A DNA stretch of 64,000 nucleotides, taken from Pirellulales bacterium (GTDB lineage: Bacteria > Planctomycetota > Planctomycetia > Pirellulales > Thermoguttaceae). Each line of letters starts with the position of its first letter. The first letter of the stretch is position 1. The DNA lies in NCBI GenBank assembly GCA_963843465.1, contig CAWJKP010000001.1, positions 2,355,933 to 2,419,932 on the forward strand. The letters are read 5' to 3'. Made by a program: the position numbers and the translations under genes. Positions 40,332 through 49,208 of this stretch are shown piece by piece. The notes under the pieces were generated by a model. That model was given only the letters and a program-made list of their open reading frames with translations, ran no database searches and was not told the DNA's origin.

Positions 40332-40483
40332 GTTATGCTTCATCATAACTCAACAAGCTTCTGTTATGCTGAAGCATAACCCGCGGACTGCTATTTCTGT
40401 AGGGAACGCCCTCCGTGACGTTCCGGGAAGCACGATAGACGCCGATCCTCCTCCCGGAACGCCACGGAGGGCGTTCCCTACAG
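40328..40483. repeat. Two TTATGCTnnAGCATAA palindromes followed by a palindromic repeat of family F (CTGTAGGGAACGCCCTCCGTG...CACGGAGGGCGTTCCCTACAG)
   Basis: Family F also occurs in-frame inside the giant gene at 56662-56749. Confidence 0.5.
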
Positions 40484-40520
40484 ACGAAAACGGTTCAAGT
40501 CATCCCCGAGGAGAACTGCG

Positions 40521-40868
40521 ATGAATGCCACCGAGAGCAGGGAGCGGATGCTGGCCCACAACGTCTACTTTACGCTCCATGACCATTCGCCGGCCGCCCG
40601 GCAGAAGCTGGTCGACGCCTGCCGGAAGTATCTTTCGGGCCACCCGGGAGAGGTCTGGTTCGCGGTCGGGACGCTGGCCGCGGACTTGCAGCGGGAGGTC
40701 AACGACCGGGATTTCGACGTGGCCCTTAGCGTAGTTTTCCGCAGCCAGGCGGCCCACGATCGCTACCAGCAGGCCGAGCGACACCTGCGGTTCATCGCCG
40801 AGAACAAGGCCAACTGGAAGCAGGTCCGCGTCTTCGATTCCTGCCTCGACGAAGAAGTTAGGAGTTAG
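40521..40868 (+). CDS. Dabb (stress-responsive dimeric alpha/beta-barrel) domain protein
   Basis: 115 aa. ...HNVYFTLHDHSPAARQKLVDACRKYLSGHPGEVWFAVGT... Its last five codons and the stop (EEVRS*) are encoded by the GTTAGGAGTTAG repeat arm. Confidence 0.6.
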   Translation: MNATESRERMLAHNVYFTLHDHSPAARQKLVDACRKYLSGHPGEVWFAVGTLAADLQREVNDRDFDVALSVVFRSQAAHDRYQQAERHLRFIAENKANWKQVRVFDSCLDEEVRS

Positions 40869-41015
40869 AAGTTAGTCGTAGATAAGGCAGTGAATTAGCG
40901 TGCGTGGGAACGCAATATCGAGGGCGAATTGCCGAACATGTGAACGCACGTTCACGTAATCAGCGGGACACCGGACACCCTTGCTTTTTCTAACTCCTAA
41001 CTCCTAACTTCTAAC
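40858..41015. repeat. ~160-bp inverted-repeat element whose arms are (GAGTTAG/GAAGTTAG)n heptamer runs (MITE-like)
   Basis: Left arm GAAGTTAGGAGTTAGAAGTTAG. Right arm CTAACTCCTAACTCCTAACTTCTAACTCC. The centre carries a GTGAACGCACGTTCAC palindrome. Confidence 0.5.
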
Positions 41016-41190
41016 TCCTGGTAGCTCGTTACGGCAATCAAAAAGGCGTGCCCCCCCCTCGCTGGATGCAGGTCTGCAACGGGATTGTTTCTAGAATTGG
41101 TTGCCCAACAGACAGCCTCCGCGCCTGCCCGCGAGGCTGGTGCCTTGCGCTCGGCGGTAAAGCGCGGAACTCAGAGTAAGGAGAGAAGCC

Positions 41191-41670
41191 ATGCCTGCTA
41201 GCAGGATCAAGCGGTTTCTTGAGGAGAATGATGTTCCCTATACGCGGATCGAGCATGAAGTTGCCTACACGGCGCAAGAGACGGCCGCTTTGGCCCACAT
41301 CCCCGGCCGGGAGGTGGCCAAGACGGTGATGGTGCGGATCGATGGCGTGCTGGCGATGGCCATCCTTCCGGCGACCAATCGGCTCAACAAGGAGCGTCTC
41401 AAAGGAGTCGCCCATGCCCGCGAGGTGACCATGGCCACGGAGCGGGATTTCAAGGACATGTTCCCCGACTGCCAGGTCGGTGCCATGCCGCCCTTGGGGA
41501 ACCTTTATGACCTGAAGGTCTATGTGGACAAGAGCTTGGCGGCCGACGAGCAGATCGCTTTCAACGCCGGGACGCACGACGAGCTGATCCAGATTTCCTA
41601 CCGCGATTTCCAACGGCTGGTCCGGCCCGCGGTCGCCCATCTCACCTACGATCGCAGCGTGCCGGTCTGA
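41191..41670 (+). CDS. YbaK/ProX-type aminoacyl-tRNA deacylase domain protein
   Basis: 159 aa. ...TRIEHEVAYTAQETAALAHIPGREVAKTVMVRIDGVLAMAILPATNRLN...AMPPLGNLYDLKVYVDKSL matches the editing-domain pattern. Confidence 0.65.
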   Translation: MPASRIKRFLEENDVPYTRIEHEVAYTAQETAALAHIPGREVAKTVMVRIDGVLAMAILPATNRLNKERLKGVAHAREVTMATERDFKDMFPDCQVGAMPPLGNLYDLKVYVDKSLAADEQIAFNAGTHDELIQISYRDFQRLVRPAVAHLTYDRSVPV

Positions 41671-41699
41671 GCGAAGCGTAACCGTTTACGGTCGGGAAT

Positions 41700-41773
41700 G
41701 TAGCAGGCACACACCGTGTGCCGTCCGTCCGTATAGGCGGAGGCAGCGGACGGCACACGGCGTGTGCCTACTA
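41700..41773. repeat. Palindromic repeat family E copy
   Basis: TGTAGCAGGCACACACCGTGTGCCGTCCG...GCGGACGGCACACGGCGTGTGCCTACTAC. Confidence 0.5.
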
Positions 41774-41809
41774 CCTTGAGCGCCCGCCTGCCAGCGGTGA
41801 CGAGCGAGG

Positions 41810-43123
41810 CTAATTCTTCGGCGGAGTCGATTTCGAGCCTTTGTGAACCGGAGGGACAGGACCCGGGGTCGTCGAAGAGGCCGGGCCGGCGCCGGGGTCC
41901 GCAAAGGGATCCGCGTTGGCCGCCGGCGGCGTGGTTGCCGCTTTGGCAGGCAGACCGGACCCGCCCGGGCCGGCGGCAGAGGGAAGGAATGGGCCCGGGT
42001 TGCCCGGGGTGAACTTTGCCGCCATCTCGGCAGCTTTCTGCACCAGCGCGGGCAGCGTCGGCGGCTGGGCGATGGTCAGCGCCACCTCGTCGCCCTGCTT
42101 GGCGACGTTGAGCCCGGCGACGATCTCGTCTGCCACCTTGAACAGCGGCTCCTTGAGGTCCGGCGGCAGCATCGGCGAGGGATTTTTTTTCATGTCGGCC
42201 AGTGCGCCGGCAACGTACCCCTTTGCCAACTTCATCGAGAAGAGGAATTTGTCGGCCGCATCGGGCTTAGCTCCCGCCACGGCCAGCTTCAACAGCGGGT
42301 CCTGGGTGACGTTTAATGCCAGGGCAATCGACTTGACGTTGTCAATCAGCTCAACCCCGGGCTGCTTCGGCTGCGCCTGCGTAAGGGCCTTCAGTGTCGC
42401 TCCCGCCTCGCTCTTCAAGAGCGGCTCCGCGGCGACCTGGATGAGAACGTCGTTGTTCAGACTCGAACGCTTGAGCTGCTCCAGCAGCGTCCGCGGACCG
42501 GGCGTCGGGGCCAGCATCTTCTTCATCGCCGGCTCCAGCGCGATCAGCAGGGTACGCGGGCCAGCGACATAAGCGGCCAATGCTATAGCCTGAGCCTTAG
42601 CCGCCGGGTCTGGAGGGACGCCCAGGGCCTTGCTGGTGAGATACGTCGCGTCTCCCAGAGTGACGGGCTCGGCGTCCTTGACCGCCTGTTTGAGGAACGA
42701 CTCGCTGTCGACGTCCTCGTTGAATTGAATGATGGCTCCCACGGTCAGATGGGAAGGCCCAACGCCTCCCTCGGCGGTCGGCGCCACCAGCATCACGATC
42801 CGGCGGATCTTCTCCGGCTTGAAGAACTCCGCCGCCAAAGCGGCTTCCGGTGGGCCGGACTTGGTCATGCTCGACGTGTCGGGCAGCGACAGCCCGCGGA
42901 ACATCGGCGCTTTCACCAGCCGGCTGGGATGGATGACCAGGGCGGCGAAGAACTCCGGACCGATGAACTGCGTGAGGTTCACCGGATCGGTCTTCGGGGC
43001 GGCGTTGGCGACGCCGCCGTGCCCGACGAAAGTTGACAAGCCCGCCGCACCCAGGACGAGCGGACCGAGGAGCCACGTTGCAACCGGTGCCCGCGAACCG
43101 TGTAATCGCATGGTATGCCTCAC
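41810..43123 (-). CDS. Hypothetical exported protein (Ala/Pro/Lys-rich)
   Basis: Signal-like N-terminus (MRLHGSRAPVATWLLGPLVLGAAGLSTFVGHGGVANA). No conserved motif recognised. Confidence 0.45.
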   Translation of the reverse strand: MRHTMRLHGSRAPVATWLLGPLVLGAAGLSTFVGHGGVANAAPKTDPVNLTQFIGPEFFAALVIHPSRLVKAPMFRGLSLPDTSSMTKSGPPEAALAAEFFKPEKIRRIVMLVAPTAEGGVGPSHLTVGAIIQFNEDVDSESFLKQAVKDAEPVTLGDATYLTSKALGVPPDPAAKAQAIALAAYVAGPRTLLIALEPAMKKMLAPTPGPRTLLEQLKRSSLNNDVLIQVAAEPLLKSEAGATLKALTQAQPKQPGVELIDNVKSIALALNVTQDPLLKLAVAGAKPDAADKFLFSMKLAKGYVAGALADMKKNPSPMLPPDLKEPLFKVADEIVAGLNVAKQGDEVALTIAQPPTLPALVQKAAEMAAKFTPGNPGPFLPSAAGPGGSGLPAKAATTPPAANADPFADPGAGPASSTTPGPVPPVHKGSKSTPPKN

Positions 43124-43248
43124 TCGAAAGGATTGCTGAAGGAGTCGTTTCCCGCCGGGTCCATCCCCATCACCTTAATCGCCGCCCGCCGCCCGTGCAA
43201 CGGGGTAGGGGGCAGTTCGCCGCCTGCCGCCACACGGGGGGCCTGGTT

Positions 43249-43365
43249 ATACTGCACGCGGGACGCAATGGCCCGAGTTCGTAGTACCGGCTTTAGCCGG
43301 AAATCCGCGGCAAGACCGCCTGAAGGCGGGACTACCAGCGGCGCATTTCCCACCGCGTGCAGTCT
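43249..43365. repeat. Structured ~110-bp MITE-like element, family G (TIR CTGCACGCGGGACG; internal hairpins CCGGCTTTAGCCGG and CCGCCTGAAGGCGG); second copy at 43943-44052
   Basis: The two copies are ~90% identical. The second copy has a perfectly paired outer stem GTTCGTAGT/ACTACGAAC. Confidence 0.5.
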
Positions 43366-43680
43366 CAATTGAACCCAAGGGCGCTGCGCTTCCTTGGGTT
43401 CAATAAGATTGCCCAACTTATTGTTTTACACGCCCTAGCCCGGCCGTTGCGGCAATCCGCCGTGAATTTCTGAGACACGAATTTCCGTTTTTCTCCCGCG
43501 GCCCCCGCGCTCGGGGCACCCCCGAGAATCTGCGCCGCCCCCGGTCCTCGACGTAAGTTCTTTACTGCCAAGCCCTCAGGTCGACAGCGCGGTTTCACGA
43601 GTGTCGTCATAGGCGGGACGAAAGCCGCGCCAACCACGGGCCCGGGTATCGTTCGGCCCAGCGCTATCTGCCCCAACGTC

Positions 43681-43818
43681 GTTTTTCCGCAACGATTCCT
43701 GGCGTAAGGTCTTTTTTTGGGAACGATTTCCGGCGTGACGTCTTTTTTTCGGGGCGATTGCCGGTAGAAAGTCTTTTTTCCCGGGCGATTCCCGACCCCG
43801 ACCCCCGACCCCCGACCC
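43681..43818. repeat. Four tandem ~31-bp repeats, each starting with a T5-7 tract, followed by a (CCCCGA)n microsatellite
   Basis: GTTTTTCCGCAACGATTCCTGGCGTAAGGTC / TTTTTTTGGGAACGATTTCCGGCGTGACGTC / TTTTTTTCGGGGCGATTGCCGGTAGAAAGTC / TTTTTTCCCGGGCGATTCCCGACCCCGAC, then CCCCGACCCCCGACCCCCGACCC. Confidence 0.55.
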
Positions 43819-44140
43819 TGGGTTATTGCAGGACGCCGCTGGGCGGACGGCACACGGCGTGTGCCTGCTACATTCCGGCAGACGCCGGAAAAACGTAACG
43901 CGAGCAGCGGCTTCGCCCCTGGACCCCAGGAGCAACGATATCGCACGCGGGACGAAATGACCCAAGTTCGTAGTACCGGCTTTAGCCGGAAATCCGCGGC
44001 AAGACCGCCTAAAGGCGGGACTACGAACGGCGCACTGCCGACCGCGTGCGGTATTGTCCAGCCCGCCTCGCTCGCTCCGGTGCGAAAAGACGCTAGGCTC
44101 TCCCTCCGGTCGGCCTCGCTCCGCGCGGCACGCCATAGCG

Positions 44141-47100
44141 TCATTTCGACCTCCGCTCGCTCTCCTTACTTGTGCGCCAAACTCGGGCGACACGGAAGCC
44201 CAGGTCGTAGTTGCTGTCCCCGGGCACGTTGCCGCCGCGGCACGCCGCACGGCAGTCCCACGCCGGGTGGCCCCAGCCCGCGCCGCGGTCCGCGCGGTCG
44301 TCCTTGTCCGTCACAACAGCAACGTCTCCATCATCCTCGACGACCCCGCCTCCCGCAGGCAACCGGTATTTCACAAACTCATCGTGGCACCATTGACACA
44401 CATTCCCCTCCATGTCAAACAGCCCAAAGTCATTCGGCTTCAAGCTCCCCACCGGCCAGCTCCGCCCCTTCGAGTTCTCCTGATACCACGCGTACTTCGG
44501 TAGCAGCTCCCGAGTTTCCCCGTAGTAACGACTGGTTGCCGCGCCGGCCCGATAAACGTACTCCCACTCCGCCTCCGTCGGCAGCCGATAACCGGTTCGT
44601 TCCAGGAAATCGGCTGCCGGCTTCATCTCTTCGGCATACCGCCCCGACGCATTCGGCTCATAGCACCACTGCTCCTGAGGCACTCCCTCCTCCTTGCTCA
44701 GCCAATTGCAGTACGCCGCCGCCTCATACCACGTCATTGCGACCATCGGTCGCTCGGACGTTGACGCGTATTTCTGTCGCGCGAGATCCGACAAACGTGA
44801 GATCCCGGAAGTTGCCTGCAAGAACGCATCGTACTGCTCGACCGTCACCGTCTTGTTCGCCACCGCAAACGAGCGACCGATTCGCCGGCGGTGCTGGCTC
44901 TCTCTCTCGAGCCGGTCCAACTCGGCATTCGGCGAGCCCATCAGGAACCCGACCGGGCCGCGGATGATGACCATCGTATGGCCTTGAGGCGTCACATACC
45001 AGCTCGACTCTCCTTGCGCTTTGCGCCGGCAAGCTGCCGATCGATCTCCCGCAGTTGCTTCTGCTGGCCCCATTGCCGCAGCAGCCACTCGGCCGCCCCG
45101 TGAATGCCGGCATCCGGGTCCGCGCGGTACATGCCCAACAGCTTGGCAGTCAGGCCCTGGCGCTCCACGGCGGGCAGGGCCTCCTCGTCAAACTCGCCCA
45201 AGGCCAGCAGCAAGGCCCGCCGAACGGAGACCTCCTTCTCCGCGTCCAAATGTCCGATGACGACTTTCGGATCGACGCCCCGCGGCGCCATCCAGTGGAC
45301 CAGGTAGCTCCGCGCCCTGGGGTCGGGACTGTGCCGCAGCAGCGGCCAGACCTTCTCCGGCCGGTCCATCCGCAGCAAGGCCGCCGCGGCGTTGGCCTTC
45401 CACTTGCCCAACTTCTCCTTCATTTCGTCCGGAAGCTCCTTGGGAACCTCCTTCGCCAACTCCACCTCCAGCAGAGCAACCGCACGCGGCCCGTGCCATT
45501 TCAGCTTCGGCATCAGCGTGGCAAACTGCTTGGCGTCCGCCGCGCGGATCAACTCGGCAAGAACCACCGGCTCCCCAGCCGCATAATCGGCCAAAATGCC
45601 GGTGGCCACCGTTCGTTCCGACTCCGAGCGCTTTGTATCCTGGAAAACCTCCTCAAGCGACGGCAGGAGCGTCTTGGCGACGGGCGCAGCGCCTCCATCC
45701 AGGCGGCAACGTACAAGGGATTTTCAGTCACCAGCACCTCCGCCGTCGGCTTGGCCGCTTTGGCCCAACCATCTCCCTCGGGATCAAATCCGGCCAGGGC
45801 GCAGGCGGCGCGGAATCGGCGATCCTTTCCCGCCTGCGGGTCGTCCACGATCGACCACATGCCCTTGGCCAACCTCTCGCGGTGCGGAAGCAGGGCCGTG
45901 CGGATGATGGGCAGCTCCGCCGGCTCGGCGTCCAGCAGGCGATCGCGCAGGTAATCGACCTGTTTAGGATCGCCAGGCAGCATGGCCAGGCTGAGACGCA
46001 AGTGTTCCTTCTGCGTGAGGCCCGGCTTCTGCAACAATTCCTTCACACGGGGGCCAATTTCTGATTGGACGGATGCGAGACTTTCCAGCAAAAAAGGCAC
46101 CTGCGCGATTTCCGCCCGGCGAAGGGAGTCCACTTGAGCCAAGGTTCGTTCTCTCTGTGTCCTGACAACCCGCACGTAGGCCACCGATGAAACCACGGCA
46201 ACCACGAGCAAGAGCAAAGCAGCGGTGGTGGACAACCCCGCCATCACCGGATTCCGGCGACACCAGCGGTAGAGCCGCTCGACAGGGCTCACCCGTCGGG
46301 CCGTGATCGGCTCGCCGGCCAGCCATCGCCGCAGGTCCTCGGCCATCGCCTGGCAACCGGCGTAGCGGTGATCCCGCTTCTTCGACATGGCCTTCAGGCA
46401 AATCGTCTCCAGGTCTTTGGGGACTGCCGCATTCTCGACCCGTGGCGAGGGTGGCTCCTGGTGGATGACCAGCGAAATGACCATCGCCGGCGGACCTGAG
46501 AATGGCGTCGAGCCGCAGAGCAACTCGTAGAGCACCACGCCCAGGCTGTACTGGTCCGAGGCGGGGCCGACCTCCTCCAGCCGCCCGGCCGCCTGCTCCG
46601 GCGGCATGTAGGAGGGCGTGCCCAGCACCGTGCCGTCGTGCGTCAGCTTGCTCTCCGCCGTCTCCAGCCGGGCCAGGCCGAAATCCATCAACAGCGGATT
46701 GCCCTTGCGGTCCAACATGATGTTGGCCGGCTTTACGTCGCGGTGAACGACGCCCAACTCGTGGGCGTAGTCCAGCGCCCCGGCCAGGTCCATCACCAGC
46801 TTGGCCGCCTGGCGGAAGTCGGGCCGCTGCTGGTCGATGGCGTCTTCCAGCGTCTGGCCCTCGATGAAGGCCGAGGCGATGTAATACGTGTCGCCGTCGC
46901 GGCCCGCCTCGTAGACCGGCACGATGTTCGGATGGCGGAGTTAAGCCGCCGCCTTGGCCTCGGTCAGCACCCGGGCCCGGCGGGTCTCCGATTGGAGCGT
47001 CGAGGCGTGGGGCACCTTCAGGGCGATCTCGCGGTCCAGCAGCGGGTCGCGGGCGCGGTAGACCTGGCCAAAGGCCCCGGCGCCCAGCCGCTTCTGGACC

Positions 47101-47351
47101 TCGAACCGCCCGATCTTCTCCGGCACCCCCGCCTCCCGGGCGACGGAATCCTTCTTGGCCGGCGCCACGGCGGAAGGCGGGCGGAGCGGCGGGGGCGGGT
47201 CGGCAAGCGTACGGCGGACCGGCGGCGGGGCCGGCTTGCCCGTATCCGACGGGGCGGCCGGCGCGGCCGTCTCCTTGCTGACAGCACCCAGGATGAACGA
47301 ACGCTGGCACTTCTGGCAAAGGACCGTATGGCCGAGCCGCTCCTCAGGCAC
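44141..47351 (-). pseudogene. Ser/Thr protein kinase with N-terminal zinc ribbon and C-terminal FGE-sulfatase (SUMF1) domain; disrupted by an in-frame TAA stop and two frameshifts
   Basis: N-terminal ORF: CQKCQ zinc ribbon and kinase subdomains I-II (GAGAFGQVYRA...ALKV). TAA at 46923-46925 lies between ...TEAKAAA and LRHPNIVPVYEAG. Middle ORF: HRDVKPANIML, DFGLA, GTPSYMPPE. It shifts frame near 45700 and again near 45000 into the FGE domain (GNVCQWCHDEF, RGG.W). Confidence 0.7.
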
Positions 47352-47427
47352 CGTGTAGTGCTGCCCACAACCCGGATTCGGACATTAAACCTTCACGACC
47401 ATGGCCCGATTCTCCTGATCGTCGTTA

Positions 47428-47527
47428 GTCCGCAAAGTAGCAGGCACACTCCGTGTGCCGTCCGCTGGGTGTGCCGCCCGCTGTCTCCGCCACCACGGGC
47501 GGACGGCATACGGAGTGTGCCTGCTAC
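47428..47527. repeat. Palindromic repeat family E copy (full)
   Basis: GTCCGCAAAGTAGCAGGCACACTCCGTGTGCCGTCCGC...GCGGACGGCATACGGAGTGTGCCTGCTAC. Confidence 0.55.
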
Positions 47528-47614
47528 CTATTCGGGCATTTTCGCACCGCGGGGCTTCCGAATACCTCGAAGCCGGAATGGCCTTCCGTTAGGGGCTCAT
47601 TATACGACGCCATT

Positions 47615-47667
47615 GTGGTGCAGGCGTCCCGCCTGCCGGAAAAAAGCAGGCGGGACGCCTGCACCAC
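47615..47667. repeat. Palindromic repeat family H (GTGGTGCAGGCGTCCCGCCTGC...GCAGGCGGGACGCCTGCACCAC)
   Basis: Second copy in-frame inside the giant gene at 58408-58476. Confidence 0.5.
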
Positions 47668-47703
47668 AAGCGGCAATGAGCCGGGTTATCGAATGCGCGG
47701 CTG

Positions 47704-49137
47704 CTAAGGCACTTTGCGTCCCGGCAGATCGAAGCCGAAGTAGGCCGCCGCGTTGTAGTAGCAGATGTCTTCGACCATGCGGCCGACCAGCTCCAGGTCG
47801 CGGGGGAGGAGGCCTTGTTGGATCTCGTCGCCCAGCAGGTTGCAGAGAATGCGGCGGAAGTACTCGTGACGGGTGTAGGAGAGGAAAGAGCGGCTGTCGG
47901 TGACCATGCCCACAAACAGACTCAAGAGACCCTGATTGGAGAGCGTTTCGAGCTGCCGCTGGATGCCGTCCTTCTGATCGAGGAACCACCAGCCGCTGCC
48001 GTACTGCAGCTTGCCGGGGATGCGGCCGTCCTGGAAGTTGCCCAGCATCGCGGCCACCAGGTCGTTGACGGCCGGGTTGAGATTGTAGACGATCGTGCGG
48101 GCCAGACGGTCCTCGCGGTCCAGGCGGTCGAGAAAGCGGGCCAAAGGCCGGGCCAGTGGGCCGTCGCCGATGGAGTCGAAGCCGCTGTCGGGCCCGAGCG
48201 CGAGGAAGGCCCGCGTGTTGTTGTTCCGCTGGGCGCCGACATGGAACTGCTGGGTCCAGCCTTTCTCATGGTCCATCAGGGCCATCTCGTGGAGCAAGGC
48301 CGACTTGAAGCGGGCCGCCTGTTGGTCGTCCGGGCTGACGCCGCAGCGGGCCTTGCGGAAGACGGCCTCGGTCTCCAACTCGCGGAAGTCGTCGGCGTAG
48401 ATCGTCTCCAGCCCGTGGTCCGAAAGGCGGCAGCCGCAGGCGTGGAAGAAATCGTGGCGCTTGCGGAGGGCCTCCAGCAGCGAGGCATAGCTGACCACGT
48501 CAACGTCGGCCGCCTGCGCCAGGCGCTCCAGCCAGGCGTTCCACTCCGGCGGCGAGTCGATGGCCAGGGCCTTGTCCGGGCGGAAGGTGGGCAGCACCGG
48601 GATGGCAAAGGACGGGTCGTGCGTAATCGCGCGGTGGTGCTCCAGCGCGTCGACCGGATCGTCGGTCGTGCAGACCAGGGCCACGTTCATCCGCCGCATG
48701 ATGCCCCGGCAGGAGAAGCCATCCTCGGCGAGCCGGGCATTGCACTCCTCCCAGATTCCGGCCGCGGTGGCCGGCGACAAGAGCCGGTCACGGATGCCGA
48801 AGGGACGAGCAAGCTCCAGGTGGGTCCAGTGGTAGAGCGGGTTGCGGAGGGTTTTGGGGACGGTTTCGGCCCAGGCGGCGAACTTCTCCCAGTCGGAGGC
48901 CTCGCCCGTCAAGAACCGCTCGGCCACGCCCGCCGCCCGCATCGCTCGCCACTTGTAGTGATCGCCGTAGAGCCAGATCTGTGTCAGATTGGCGAAGCGC
49001 TGATCCTCGGCGACCTGCCGCGAGGGCAGGTGGCAGTGGTAGTCCACGATGGGCAGGTCGCAGGCGTGATCGTGGTAGAGCCGGCGGGCCGGCTGGCTCT
49101 GGAGGAGGAAATCGTCGCCGATGAAGGTATCGAACAA
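47704..49137 (-). CDS. uxaC: Glucuronate isomerase
   Basis: Full-length match: FDTFIGDDFLL, PIVDYHCHL, GDHYKWRAMRAAGVAE, NPLYHWTHLEL, SGWWFLDQKDG, DSRSFLSYTRHEYFRRILC. Probable TTG start at 49137. Confidence 0.85.
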   Translation of the reverse strand: MFDTFIGDDFLLQSQPARRLYHDHACDLPIVDYHCHLPSRQVAEDQRFANLTQIWLYGDHYKWRAMRAAGVAERFLTGEASDWEKFAAWAETVPKTLRNPLYHWTHLELARPFGIRDRLLSPATAAGIWEECNARLAEDGFSCRGIMRRMNVALVCTTDDPVDALEHHRAITHDPSFAIPVLPTFRPDKALAIDSPPEWNAWLERLAQAADVDVVSYASLLEALRKRHDFFHACGCRLSDHGLETIYADDFRELETEAVFRKARCGVSPDDQQAARFKSALLHEMALMDHEKGWTQQFHVGAQRNNNTRAFLALGPDSGFDSIGDGPLARPLARFLDRLDREDRLARTIVYNLNPAVNDLVAAMLGNFQDGRIPGKLQYGSGWWFLDQKDGIQRQLETLSNQGLLSLFVGMVTDSRSFLSYTRHEYFRRILCNLLGDEIQQGLLPRDLELVGRMVEDICYYNAAAYFGFDLPGRKVP

Positions 49138-49208
49138 GGTGCAGCTCCATTCTTTGTGGTGCGATCGTTGGCAAGCCTTCCCCCTCTCCCTCCGGGAGGG
49201 AGAACGCT

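Noticed and set aside
43955-44030. tRNA-like or riboswitch-like three-way folded element
   Set aside because: It has an outer stem plus two hairpins but lacks D-arm/T-arm and anticodon-loop geometry and conserved tRNA bases (no GTTC T-loop). It occurs twice with terminal inverted repeats, so it is better explained as a MITE. An ncRNA role remains untested.
43365-44250. Minus-strand ORFs (259 aa, 224 aa) across the repeat block, and a possible CRISPR array
   Set aside because: The translation consists of repeated peptide units imposed by the 31-bp tandem repeats and MITE copies. The repeats are directly adjacent with no spacers and no cas genes are nearby, so this is not a CRISPR.
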